DNA of 61,129 nt, counting the filler, from an uncultured bacterium (GTDB taxonomy: Bacteria; CAZSTA01): the NCBI GenBank assembly GCA_964609495.1. It is 2 parts of 2 records of this genome, joined end to end, with 100 filler letters (N's around TTAATTAATTAA, not from the genome) between each part and the next. Parts side by side here need not be neighbours in the genome. Positions count along the whole stretch, not along the records: positions 1 to 31,263 come from CAZSTA010000020.1; 1 more part is not named here. One strand, written 5' to 3'. Positions 18,754 to 28,017 of the stretch are shown here, one piece after another. The stretch's first letter is position 1. Each line of letters opens with the position of its first letter. The notes beneath the pieces were generated by a model. It was not told the DNA's origin and searched no databases. It saw only the letters and a program-made list of their open reading frames with translations. Position numbers and translations under genes: made by a program.

Positions 18754-19617
18754 TCATAGGTATTGTTTAATCCTCCCCCATATATCCTCTATTAGATGAC
18801 TAACTTCGTTCTGGGAGTATTCGATCACCGTTTTACCGAACATCATAGCCTCGGTGAATATCGGATTGTAGGGGACTTCCCCCACTAAATCGACCTTCTC
18901 CCGCTTGCAAAAATCCCTGATCTCCGAAGTCATCTCAAGATTAAGATCACATTTGTTTATACAAACCAGGGGATATACTCCGAAGTGATCTGCTAGAGCT
19001 AAGGCTCTTTGAAAATCGCTTATCCCAGATAGAGTGGGTTCGGTGACGATGAGGGCTAAATCAACGCCAGCGAGGGAGGCTATAACCGGACATCCTATTC
19101 CAGGAGGACCATCGATTATGATGGTATTTATCCCTTGCTCATAAGCTAGGTCCTCTCCCTTTTGACGAAGGAAGGTAACTAAATAGCCAGACCCCTCGCC
19201 CCCGGGATAGAGTTTGGCATGAATCATAGGGCCATAATCGGTTCTCGAGCTATACCAATCCCCCGTCCCTCGAGGGATGAGGGTGAGAGCATCTACCGGG
19301 CAGACCTCGACACAAACTCCACATCCCTCACAAGCGATGGGATCGATGATCGGCTTGCGAAGGGAATCGCTTATAGCATCGAATCTACAAGCCTCCTCGC
19401 ACTTCCCACAACTGATACACCCCTCTCCTAGCTCGGATACCTTACTTCCTACGAATTCTCCCTCCTCCTCTACAATCGGATTAAGGAGAAGATAGAGATT
19501 AGCGGCATCGACATCGCAATCGATTATCACCGATTTTCTCTCCAGTACCGCGAAGCAAGCGGTAAGACTTGTCTTACCGGTTCCGCCTTTACCACTGATT
19601 ATAGTTAGCTGTTTCAT
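18754..19617 (-). CDS. MinD-superfamily P-loop ATPase with inserted 2x[4Fe-4S] domain
   Basis: SGKGGTGKT, DCDVDAANL, two CxxCxxCxxxC motifs, DGPPGIGCPV, VTEPTLSG. Confidence 0.9.
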   Translation of the reverse strand: MKQLTIISGKGGTGKTSLTACFAVLERKSVIIDCDVDAANLYLLLNPIVEEEGEFVGSKVSELGEGCISCGKCEEACRFDAISDSLRKPIIDPIACEGCGVCVEVCPVDALTLIPRGTGDWYSSRTDYGPMIHAKLYPGGEGSGYLVTFLRQKGEDLAYEQGINTIIIDGPPGIGCPVIASLAGVDLALIVTEPTLSGISDFQRALALADHFGVYPLVCINKCDLNLEMTSEIRDFCKREKVDLVGEVPYNPIFTEAMMFGKTVIEYSQNEVSHLIEDIWGRIKQYL

Positions 19618-20441
19618 TAGGCTATCCTCTCAAACAATTTCAGAAATTCAGTCTTCCACTTCGGATCATATTCCACTAAAGATATCCCCTTAGAGTAAAG
19701 CTCAGCTACAGCTCTACTATCTGGAAATTTAAGAAGAATGTCGATTCCCTCCTGCTGACAATAATCATCCACCCTATTATCGCCAATGCCATCCCGATTG
19801 ATGACTACCCCGAAGGGTATCTCAAGTATCCTCAAGGTTTCCACTGAAAGCTTGAGATCGTTTAAACCAAAGGGAGTAGGCTCCGTCACCAGAAGGCAAT
19901 AGTCACTACCCCTCACTGCATTGATCATCGGACAGGCTGTGCCTGGAGGAGAGTCTAATATCACGGTCGAGCTGCGATCGGTCAGCTCCTTTATCTTGGA
20001 TATTAACTCTGGAGCCCTTTCCTCTCCTATCCGCAACTTTCCCCCGATGAAATAGACATCTCCCCCAGCATGCCCCTTCTCGATCACCCCAATCTCCTTA
20101 GGCTCTTCGATGATCGCATCCTGAGGGCAAACGATTGTACATCCCCCGCAACTGTGACAAAGCTCTGGAAAGACTATCAACTTATCTTTGACCAAAGCCA
20201 AGGCATTGAATTGACAGAACTCAACGCATCTTCCGCAAGCAATGCATTTCGCCTCCAGCACTTTAGGTATAGGAAGATAGACCCTCTGCCAGTTCTTTAT
20301 CTCTGGTTTCAAAAAGATATGCGCATTTGGAGCTTCCACATCGCAGTCCAGAAATTGACAACTGGGAAGCGATAGAGCAATGTTGACGGCAATGGTGGTT
20401 TTGCCAGTGCCACCCTTTCCACTAGCTATTGAGATGATCAT
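19617..20441 (-). CDS. MinD-superfamily P-loop ATPase with inserted ferredoxin (paralog)
   Basis: ASGKGGTGKTT, DCDVEAPN, CIACGRC/CHSCGGC, DSPPGTAC, VTEPTPFG. Confidence 0.9.
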   Translation of the reverse strand: MIISIASGKGGTGKTTIAVNIALSLPSCQFLDCDVEAPNAHIFLKPEIKNWQRVYLPIPKVLEAKCIACGRCVEFCQFNALALVKDKLIVFPELCHSCGGCTIVCPQDAIIEEPKEIGVIEKGHAGGDVYFIGGKLRIGEERAPELISKIKELTDRSSTVILDSPPGTACPMINAVRGSDYCLLVTEPTPFGLNDLKLSVETLRILEIPFGVVINRDGIGDNRVDDYCQQEGIDILLKFPDSRAVAELYSKGISLVEYDPKWKTEFLKLFERIA

Positions 20442-20502
20442 TTTTGCTTCTCCTTCGTGGCGAAAAATGGAAATTGGACGTAGTGATTTTCTATTTTCTG
20501 TT

Positions 20503-20727
20503 CTATATCTTCCTGATCATTCTAGCTCCGCACTTAGGACAGGTCTGTTGATAACAAGGAACTCCTACCTGATGAGGCATAGCTGCACCACACGCTGGGC
20601 ATACACACTCTCCTCCTGGGCCTGCTCCCGGATTGGTGCCGCCCATTCTGCCCATACCGCCGCCACCTGCTCCTATTCCTCGTCCTGTTCCTCCTCCTCC
20701 GCCAGAACCTCTTCCGCCTCTTGGCAT
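20503..20727 (-). CDS. small Gly-rich protein with Cys-rich C-terminus
   Basis: MPRGGRG..., CVCPACG..PHQVGVPCYQQTCPKCG; RBS AAGGAG. Confidence 0.8.
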   Translation of the reverse strand: MPRGGRGSGGGGGTGRGIGAGGGGMGRMGGTNPGAGPGGECVCPACGAAMPHQVGVPCYQQTCPKCGARMIRKI

Positions 20728-20745
20728 AATTAACATCTCCTTTCT

Positions 20746-21105
20746 TTAATGTCTATGCTCTTGACAAGCATCTTTATCAGTTGCTTCCTTCAATATCCCC
20801 GAACGATAAGCCTCGAGGGCCTCCTCTACAGTTCCTGAGGCTCCTATAAAGACCTCAATACCAGCTTGCTCAAAAACCTTGACCGCCCTCGGTCCCAGAC
20901 CGGAACATAGGACTAAATGGGATCCTTCCTGGGAGATCAACTGAGCTGGAGTGAGCGCGCCACCTTGATGTTGTCCGGTATTATCGATCACACGCACCGC
21001 ATTACTATCGGTATCGACAAAGGTGAAGGTTTCCGCTCGACCGAAGTGGGGGGATACCCATCCTTCTAAACCTTTTCGATCCATAGTTGGAATGCATATT
21101 AGCAT
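20746..21105 (-). CDS. NifB/NifX-like (dinitrogenase Fe-Mo cofactor family) protein
   Basis: VSPHFGRA.TF, LCSGLGPRA...F.QAGI.V, C-terminal C.EHRH. Confidence 0.85.
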   Translation of the reverse strand: MLICIPTMDRKGLEGWVSPHFGRAETFTFVDTDSNAVRVIDNTGQHQGGALTPAQLISQEGSHLVLCSGLGPRAVKVFEQAGIEVFIGASGTVEEALEAYRSGILKEATDKDACQEHRH

Positions 21106-21145
21106 TTTATAACTCCTTTCCAATTCGAGATATTAAATCCCGATC

Positions 21146-21877
21146 TCAAATTAGCAATCTTTTAAGCAATCTAGCGGATATGATTATAAATATAACTCCT
21201 ATGAGAAATAGGGCTAACAAACATAATTTTATATCGGCGATATGGGATATATCCAACATCGCCTGACGCATAGAATCCACCCCATAAGTTAAAGGGGAAA
21301 GATAGGCTGGAATCTTCAGGACAGTGGGCATTAGAGCGATGGGAAAGAAGATCCCTGAGAGAAAGAGCATCGGGAATCTAGCTAGAGCGGAGAAGATCAT
21401 AGAGTTGGCCGATTCTCTTGAAACCGTAGCGAGAAAAGCTCCGAAAGCGGCAAAAGTAAAAGCGGAGATGATTATAGATATGATAAAGAGCAAAGGATAA
21501 GCGATAGAGATGTCGAAGAAGAGTGATAGGGAAAGGGATATTATCAGCGAGACCGCTACCCCGAAGATCGCCCCTCCTAATATCTTCCCTACAAGTATAG
21601 TGATAAAGGAGATAGGAGCTAGGAAAAGACGCTCGAAAGAACCTATACCCCTCTCAAAGACGATAACTGCTATCTCCATAGAGGTGGTACCGAAGAAGAT
21701 CGCCATAGCTATCAAACCAGGAATAGCCTCTCTCATATCTCCTCTCATCCGCAGAGAGAAGGTTAAGAGGAGAGTTATGGGAAAGAGGATCCCCATAATT
21801 ATGTTAGGAGGTTTTAGATAATAGGCTTTAGCGTCTTTTATCATAATATAATAGGAATATTTTAGGGTATCGAACAT
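21146..21877 (-). CDS. ABC-2 type transporter permease
   Basis: multiple TM segments, ER..GSFERL..AP, PMLFLSGIFFP, SPLTYGVD. Confidence 0.88.
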   Translation of the reverse strand: MFDTLKYSYYIMIKDAKAYYLKPPNIIMGILFPITLLLTFSLRMRGDMREAIPGLIAMAIFFGTTSMEIAVIVFERGIGSFERLFLAPISFITILVGKILGGAIFGVAVSLIISLSLSLFFDISIAYPLLFIISIIISAFTFAAFGAFLATVSRESANSMIFSALARFPMLFLSGIFFPIALMPTVLKIPAYLSPLTYGVDSMRQAMLDISHIADIKLCLLALFLIGVIFIIISARLLKRLLI

Positions 21878-21883
21878 AAACTA

Positions 21884-22840
21884 TCATCCCCTGCCTTTCT
21901 CCAGCAACATTATCTCTTTACTCAGTCCCGTAAGCTGGATAAAAGCATCTTCCAAACTGGGCCGTATGGTATTAATGGACATTATATTAAGCGCAGTCTG
22001 ATTAGCACAATCCATTATTGTCCGAATATCTCCACCCAGATTATTGGAGTGGAATTTGATCTTATTTCCGACTCTCCTCATTCCATCCACCCCACAGAGC
22101 CTTTTCAAGTCGGATAGCGTGGCGTCAGATATCCTCTCAAAGCTGATCTCTACGCTCATCCTCTCCCGAATCCTGCTTTTTAGATTATCTGGTGTATCAA
22201 GGGCTACTATCCTCCCCTTAACTATTATCGCTATTCGATCGCATAACTGATCGGCTTCCTCAATATTGTGAGTGGTGAGGAAAATGGTTGTTCCCTGAAG
22301 ATTGAGATTCCTTATCAAAGCCCTTAGCCCTCTCGCGCTGACGACATCTAAACCGCTCGTCGGCTCATCCAGAAATAGGAGGGGCGGATTATGAGCTAAA
22401 GCCGCGGCTATCGTCAACTTTTTCTTCATCCCCTTCGAGAGTTTTCTAAAGTGAACTCTCTTCTTATCCTCCAATTGAAAAAAAGCGAATAACTCCTCCA
22501 AGCGTTGCCCGGGATTGGGAACTCCATATAGCTGGGCGCTGAAGAGAAGATTATCCCAGGCGGTCAATTCCTGATAGAGGTTGGATACTTCTGTAACCGC
22601 TCCGATGCGCTTTTTAACCTCTATTGGGTTTTTCACCACATCATATCCCTCAACAATTGCTGTTCCCCCGGTTGGCAGAGATAGACCAGTGAGCATTCGG
22701 ATAGTGGTCGTCTTTCCCGCCCCATTAGGGCCCAGAAATCCGAAGATCTCACCCTTGTTTACCGAGAAATTGATCCGATCCACAGCTAAAAGGCGCTGGT
22801 AATATTTGGTTAATTCTCTAACCTCTATTGCTGATATAAT
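21884..22840 (-). CDS. ABC transporter ATP-binding protein (DrrA/NodI-like)
   Basis: GPNGAGKTT, LSKGM, FLDEPT, TTH; frame extends upstream of the listed ORF as IISAIEVRELTKYY, with a probable ATT start 9 nt after GGAGG. Confidence 0.88.
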   Translation of the reverse strand: MISAIEVRELTKYYQRLLAVDRINFSVNKGEIFGFLGPNGAGKTTTIRMLTGLSLPTGGTAIVEGYDVVKNPIEVKKRIGAVTEVSNLYQELTAWDNLLFSAQLYGVPNPGQRLEELFAFFQLEDKKRVHFRKLSKGMKKKLTIAAALAHNPPLLFLDEPTSGLDVVSARGLRALIRNLNLQGTTIFLTTHNIEEADQLCDRIAIIVKGRIVALDTPDNLKSRIRERMSVEISFERISDATLSDLKRLCGVDGMRRVGNKIKFHSNNLGGDIRTIMDCANQTALNIMSINTIRPSLEDAFIQLTGLSKEIMLLEKGRG

Positions 22841-22909
22841 TTTGGGTTGCCTCCTGGAGTAAAGATCCTAATAGCTCTCTGATTTTCAATATTTCCCCTA
22901 GGTATCTCC

Positions 22910-23278
22910 CTAGGTATCTAAAGATAGAGCGTTTGTTGGACAAGCTCTAACACAGAGTCCACAGCGAACGCACAGCGCTTCGTCTATCTTCCAGCTAACT
23001 TGAGGCTCAATCGTGATCGCATTCCGCGGACAGACTTCCTCACACTTACGGCACCAGATACAATTCTCCTCTATCCATTTCGGCGGATGAACTTTTACAC
23101 TGCTCACATACCCTGGATATGTGGAAATTTGAGCAGAGCCTAGTTTTGAATAACTATTCTGAATTTTACCACTTCCTTGAGTATAATAACTCCCTAGAGG
23201 GTTATTTTGAATACTACTTCTCCCTTTACCCCATCCTAGGCCTCGACTTCTTCTTCCTCCTCGGCCACCTCTCGGCAT
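22910..23278 (-). CDS. 4Fe-4S dicluster ferredoxin with Gly/Arg-rich N-terminus
   Basis: CIWCRKCEEVCP and CVRCGLCVRACP; starts MPRGGRGGRR. Confidence 0.85.
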   Translation of the reverse strand: MPRGGRGGRRSRGLGWGKGRSSIQNNPLGSYYTQGSGKIQNSYSKLGSAQISTYPGYVSSVKVHPPKWIEENCIWCRKCEEVCPRNAITIEPQVSWKIDEALCVRCGLCVRACPTNALSLDT

Positions 23279-23299
23279 AATATCATTCCTCTAAAAGAT

Positions 23300-23390
23300 G
23301 GCTCTTCGACATTCTTTGAGAATTAGCTATAAGCGAAATTATCTTTATTTCAATTGTTACCAACTTCCGCTCAAAAATTGTCAAAGAGCC
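23300..23390. mobile_element. putative MITE/IS scar with 21-bp imperfect terminal inverted repeats
   Basis: GGCTCTTCGACATTCTTTGAG ... CTCAAAAATTGTCAAAGAGCC. Confidence 0.45.
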
Positions 23391-23451
23391 GAAATTGAAG
23401 TATCGAACTTTAGCCTCCAGAAGTTAGGAAATGAAAGACTGTCTATTTTCC

Positions 23452-23625
23452 TTAATACCACATCCCTGGGTAGAAGGACCTTCTAGGATAGAATCCCATA
23501 GAATAAGGATAGCTAAGATAAGGATAACATCTGATTCTTCCCATACCGCCGCCTCTCATGCCTATGCCTATGCCTATACCTCGACCTCTTCCTCCCCCTC
23601 TACCGGAAATTCTTCTGCCGCGCAT
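23452..23625 (-). CDS. small Arg/Gly- and Tyr/Pro-rich protein
   Basis: strong RBS AAGGAGGTG; composition resembles neighbouring DUF5320-like proteins. Confidence 0.65.
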   Translation of the reverse strand: MRGRRISGRGGGRGRGIGIGIGMRGGGMGRIRCYPYLSYPYSMGFYPRRSFYPGMWY

Positions 23626-23654
23626 AATTGTCACCTCCTTAAAAATCATCTGAA

Positions 23655-24890
23655 TTATCTAGGAGATTCCTCAAACTGCACATCTTCCCCACTAATTAGC
23701 GGTCTAATTCCCAAATCCTCGAGAGTCTCTTCTAAACTATCTCTCTCCGTTATGATTACCTCTACATTCGAATCGGAGAGGGCATATTCAGGACCTTTTC
23801 CCTTGAACTTCTCCTTGAGGACTAATACATCCACATCTCTATCGATAAGCATTTCGCTCAAAAGTATCCCTTTGCCTTTCTCCTCTTCTAAAAAAGGATT
23901 AGCGATTATTTCTTTATCCAGCATCGCTCTATCAGCCGCCCTTACCTTCACAATTGCGATATAAGGGGCTTCCCCATAATGCTTGGATAAAGGAGTATTC
24001 TCTCCCTCCTCTATATTTTCTAAGGGGAAGGCGTAGTACAAGATATCCTTCTCAACAGGCTCATAATGGATGATAACATCATCTACGTTCTCTATATTCT
24101 CCCTTATATCCCTCTCAATTCTCTGAGTTAGATGATATGCTTTCTCAAGGTCTCTCACCTTCAAGATTATATCCGCCTCGATGAAGCGATATCGTCCTGA
24201 ATTTCTCCCCTTTAGTGATTTTAGCTTCACTACCTCTCTCCTCGCGATGATTATGCTTTTAACTTTGTCCAATGTTTCAAAGTCAAGGGAAGCATCCAAT
24301 AGAACTCGCAAAGCATCTGCTAAGATGAAATATCCAGCTCGGACAATAAACGCCAATACTACTAAAGCGGCTATCTTATCGAGATTTATTCCTATAGCTG
24401 AACCCGCTAATCCGATCAACACAGCTATAGAGGAGAACATATCGGTGCGAGTATGATAACCATCAGCCTTTATGCTGGGAGAACGTGTTTTCTCTCCAAC
24501 GCTTATCTTATAACGAGAGAGAAAATAAGTGCTGATAATAGTTACTACTACACTGATCAAGGTGACAGGGATTCTTCTCAACTCTCGAGCGGGAGCGAAT
24601 AGAGCCTCCCTTGCGATCCCATAACCAGCCCAAAATATGGCGAGGGAGATAAATAGCGATACTATGTTTTCCACTTTATAAAGACCGTAAGGGAAAGTTT
24701 CAGACTTTCTCTTGGATATCTTCAAGCCAACTAGTACCGCTGAAGAAGCGATCACATCGGTTAGAGAATGAATAGAATCGGCTATTAGAGCGATACTGCC
24801 TGAGAGGATAGCGAATGAATATTTCAAGGCAGTTAAGCCAATATTAGCCAGAATAGATAGAACAGCCGTTCTTTCCATTTTTCTCACCAC
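23655..24890 (-). CDS. cation diffusion facilitator fused to a C-terminal NifB/NifX-like domain
   Basis: GSIALIADSIHSLTD, FPYGLYKVEN, ADGYHTRTD, IHYEP, then SKHYGEAPY. Confidence 0.88.
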   Translation of the reverse strand: MVRKMERTAVLSILANIGLTALKYSFAILSGSIALIADSIHSLTDVIASSAVLVGLKISKRKSETFPYGLYKVENIVSLFISLAIFWAGYGIAREALFAPARELRRIPVTLISVVVTIISTYFLSRYKISVGEKTRSPSIKADGYHTRTDMFSSIAVLIGLAGSAIGINLDKIAALVVLAFIVRAGYFILADALRVLLDASLDFETLDKVKSIIIARREVVKLKSLKGRNSGRYRFIEADIILKVRDLEKAYHLTQRIERDIRENIENVDDVIIHYEPVEKDILYYAFPLENIEEGENTPLSKHYGEAPYIAIVKVRAADRAMLDKEIIANPFLEEEKGKGILLSEMLIDRDVDVLVLKEKFKGKGPEYALSDSNVEVIITERDSLEETLEDLGIRPLISGEDVQFEESPR

Positions 24891-24900
24891 TTGAGGGGAA

Positions 24901-25506
24901 TTACTCGGATTCTCCCTCTTTTTCTAACTCTTTAATTTTTCTATTAGTCTCTTCCAACTGCTTCCTCAAAGTTTCAATTTGATCTTTCAAACCCTTTAAA
25001 TCAGATTCAGACGAAGGCGCTTGCTGACTGGAAGAAGGTGGTTGATATGAGGGTTGAACTCCAAAACCTCCCCCTGCAGACCGACCGCCTCCTTGGCCAC
25101 CCATACCTCGTCCCATTCCTCGACCAAAGCCTCCTGCTCCTCCTCCCATTCCGAAATGAGCAGCTGTACTTGGTTGAGATGATGGTTGTAGTTGACCGCT
25201 CTTGTATAACTCCACAGCTTCGCGCACTGTTCCTGCTAATCCAGTGATAAGTTGAACTCCTGCCGCGGAGAGAGTCTGAAATGCATTCGGGCCACATCCT
25301 CCGGTTATAACTACCTGAGCACCTTTGTTCGCAACTAATTGCGCCGATTGAATACCTGCTCCTCCTCCCGCAGCTATGTTAGGATTAGGTATAGCTTCGA
25401 ACTGCATAGTGTCTGAATCAACTATGATGAAATATTGACATCTTCCGAAGCGGGGATCTATGGGAGCATCTAAACTTGGACCACTTGATGATACAGCTAT
25501 TTTCAT
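24901..25506 (-). CDS. NifB/NifX-like protein with Gly-rich linker and coiled-coil tail
   Basis: MKIAVSS.G..LD..IDPRFGRC.YF, GGAGIQSAQ, ITG.CGPNAF..L. Confidence 0.87.
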   Translation of the reverse strand: MKIAVSSSGPSLDAPIDPRFGRCQYFIIVDSDTMQFEAIPNPNIAAGGGAGIQSAQLVANKGAQVVITGGCGPNAFQTLSAAGVQLITGLAGTVREAVELYKSGQLQPSSQPSTAAHFGMGGGAGGFGRGMGRGMGGQGGGRSAGGGFGVQPSYQPPSSSQQAPSSESDLKGLKDQIETLRKQLEETNRKIKELEKEGESE

Positions 25507-25592
25507 TATAGTTTCCTCCTGATAAAAGATTGATTAGAGGACAAGGATTGTAAGGAGATGAGGAAGCTCTTCCTTGTCCTCAGTTCCTCAAG

Positions 25593-25982
25593 TTATTTAC
25601 CTGTCAACTCCTCGATACGCCTATTGAGATCCTCTAACTGCTGGCTTAAAAGTTGAGCTTGGCTCCTAAGAAACTCCACCTGCTGTTCCTTCGAGAGGAA
25701 AGGAGTCGCCCCAGCCTGAAAAGTTGGAGCAGTAGTGGGAGTGAAGCCAGCCTGAGAAGTGGGAGGAGTAAAAGCCCCAGCTTGAAAAGCTGGATTAAAT
25801 GCAGCAGTGGGATCCACCCCAGCAGTCATCGCGGTTGGCCACTGACCAGTCATAAGATAAGTGGCGCAAGGACCCAATCCCGTTGGACTCCTTCCCACCC
25901 AACCAGGACTGACCCCAAACCTCATCCAGCCTGGAAGCCCAGTAGCATAATACATATATCTGTTTCCTCTTCCTCCGGGCAT
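25593..25982 (-). CDS. DUF5320-like protein
   Basis: R.MYYATGLPGW.RFG motif and C-terminal EFLRSQAQ.L.QQLE.L.RRIEEL coiled coil; RBS GAGGTG. Confidence 0.75.
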   Translation of the reverse strand: MPGGRGNRYMYYATGLPGWMRFGVSPGWVGRSPTGLGPCATYLMTGQWPTAMTAGVDPTAAFNPAFQAGAFTPPTSQAGFTPTTAPTFQAGATPFLSKEQQVEFLRSQAQLLSQQLEDLNRRIEELTGK

Positions 25983-26034
25983 TCTTATCACCTCTTAGTT
26001 TGAAATTTAGATAATCTTTCCGAATATATTATAC

Positions 26035-26050
26035 GCAATAAATGTGCCAA
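26035..26050 (-). promoter_or_regulatory. sigma54 (-24/-12) promoter of the DUF5320/NifX operon
   Basis: minus strand TTGGCAC-ATTTA-TTGC; activator gene adjacent. Confidence 0.85.
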
Positions 26051-26251
26051 GGAGGGAACCCTGGCAAGATAACATATGTTTTGGGGTGATAGTGGGCTCT
26101 ATTTGGATTTTCTATTACAAACCTTGGGATAATGCTCATAAGTATCACGTTGCTTTTATGAAACATAGAAGTTAGATAAAGATATGTCCGACTTAGAATG
26201 AACCATTTAGGAGAGGATTTCATAGCTGCGCTTCGATATAGAAGTAATATA

Positions 26252-26267
26252 ATGCAATATTGCAACA
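26252..26267. promoter_or_regulatory. candidate enhancer (UAS) for the sigma54 activator
   Basis: palindrome TGCAATATTGCA about 200 bp upstream of -24; weaker related site GTTGC..ATGAAACA at 26149-26165. Confidence 0.5.
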
Positions 26268-26283
26268 ATAGAGATTTGATCGC

Positions 26284-28017
26284 TTAAATGATCTGATACC
26301 TCTTCATCTTCCGCCATAGAGTGGTGCGATCTATCTTCAGCTCATCCGCAGTATCACCTCGATTCCAATTATTCTTCTCTAAAGCTCTTAGTATAGTTTG
26401 CTTCTCCATCTGTTCCAAGGGGGAATCGCTTTCCAAGGCGGAATCGATCAACTTCCGCTCCACCCCTCGGATCTCCTTGGGTAGATGCTCAACTGAGAGC
26501 ATCGGTCCTCGACAATAAACGAAAGCTCTCTCTATGACGTTCTCCAATTGACGGACGTTTCCTGGCCACTCATAATCCAAGAGTAGTTCCATAGCTTCAG
26601 GTGATACCGAGAGTATTCTTTTACCGGTCTTTTGGTTTAACTTAGCAATAAAATGTTCTGCTAAAAGAGGAATATCGTCGATACGCTCTCTCAGAGAAGG
26701 CAGATGGAGAGGGACTACATCCAAGCGATAGTATAGATCCTCTCTGAAAGTTCCCTCCGCCATAGCTTCCTGTAAATTCCTATTAGTTGCCGCTATAATT
26801 CGCACATCCACCTGGATAGTCTTCACCCCTCCCACTCTCTCGAAACGCTGTTCCTCCAGGACTCGCAATAGCTTAACTTGCATAGCGGGACTTAGCTCTC
26901 CGATCTCATCTAGGAAGATGGTCCCCTTATCAGCTAATTCAAATCTGCCTGGTTTATCTTTTATAGCAGAAGTGAAAGCTCCTTTGACATGACCGAATAG
27001 CTCGCTCTCTAATAGAGGCTCTGGCAAGGCGGCGCAATTTACTTTGATAAAAGGGTTATCCCGACGCGGGCTATTATAATGAATCGCTCTGGCTACTAGG
27101 TCCTTACCAGTGCCGCTCTCTCCCTGAATTAGAACTACTGCCTCACTCTCACATATATCCTCGAGTAGCTCGTAAAGCTCCTGCATCTTTGGACTTTTGC
27201 CCAAAATGTTATCGAAGCTGTATCTACTCTCTAATTCCTTCGTTAGTTGTTTAACCTTGGATAGGTCCCGAAAGGTCTCCACTCCACCTATCACTTCTCC
27301 ATTTTCATCTCTGAGCAGAGCGGTGGAGACGCTAATGGGGACCCTCCTATTATCTTTGGTCAAGATCTCGACTCCGAAGTTCGATACATTCTTGCCAGTT
27401 TGCAGTGTGAGTTGGAGGGGACATCCCTTTTGACAGATATCGCTTTGAAATATATTATGGCAGAGAGATCCGCTAGCCTCTTGCGCTGAGAAGCCCGTTA
27501 TCTGCTCCGCCCCTTTGTTAAAGGAGACTATACGCCAATTTTGATCTATGGTGAATACGCCATCGGTTATACTATCCATAATAGCCCTCAATTTATTCCT
27601 CTCGATAAGTATCTCTTTATTTATATAGCTCAGTTCCCTTGTCAATCGTTTAACCTCATCTATATTGCGGAAGATCGATATAGCTCCTACGATCCTCCCC
27701 GTCGAATCTCTCAAGGGAGAGGCATATATACAGATGGGAATTCGCTCTCCATCTCTAGTGGTGATATCGATTCTTCTGTTAGAGATGATGTCCCCCTTCT
27801 CCACAACCTCCTTTATCGGACAATCACTGGGAGAATCACATTTAAATACCTCGTGACAGGGGATCCCTATGACCTCTTCGCTACTATAACCTGTTATTCG
27901 TTCGGCAGATTCACTGAAGCTGATGATTCGATATTGAGAATCTATAGCTATGACTCCATCAGCATATTCTTCGAGGAAATCATTCTCCATATCTAAATAT
28001 TCATTCACTTTAATCAC
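26284..28017 (-). CDS. sigma54-dependent activator (PAS-PAS-AAA+-Fis HTH)
   Basis: GESGTGKD, ESELFGH.KGAFTSA, FLDEIGE, FREDLYYRL, WPGNVRQL, RTTLWRKMK. Confidence 0.93.
   Translation of the reverse strand: MIKVNEYLDMENDFLEEYADGVIAIDSQYRIISFSESAERITGYSSEEVIGIPCHEVFKCDSPSDCPIKEVVEKGDIISNRRIDITTRDGERIPICIYASPLRDSTGRIVGAISIFRNIDEVKRLTRELSYINKEILIERNKLRAIMDSITDGVFTIDQNWRIVSFNKGAEQITGFSAQEASGSLCHNIFQSDICQKGCPLQLTLQTGKNVSNFGVEILTKDNRRVPISVSTALLRDENGEVIGGVETFRDLSKVKQLTKELESRYSFDNILGKSPKMQELYELLEDICESEAVVLIQGESGTGKDLVARAIHYNSPRRDNPFIKVNCAALPEPLLESELFGHVKGAFTSAIKDKPGRFELADKGTIFLDEIGELSPAMQVKLLRVLEEQRFERVGGVKTIQVDVRIIAATNRNLQEAMAEGTFREDLYYRLDVVPLHLPSLRERIDDIPLLAEHFIAKLNQKTGKRILSVSPEAMELLLDYEWPGNVRQLENVIERAFVYCRGPMLSVEHLPKEIRGVERKLIDSALESDSPLEQMEKQTILRALEKNNWNRGDTADELKIDRTTLWRKMKRYQII

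Noticed and set aside
20746-25506. Nitrogen fixation inferred from NifB/NifX-like domains
   Set aside because: No nifHDK or nifEN here; this domain family is common in non-diazotrophs
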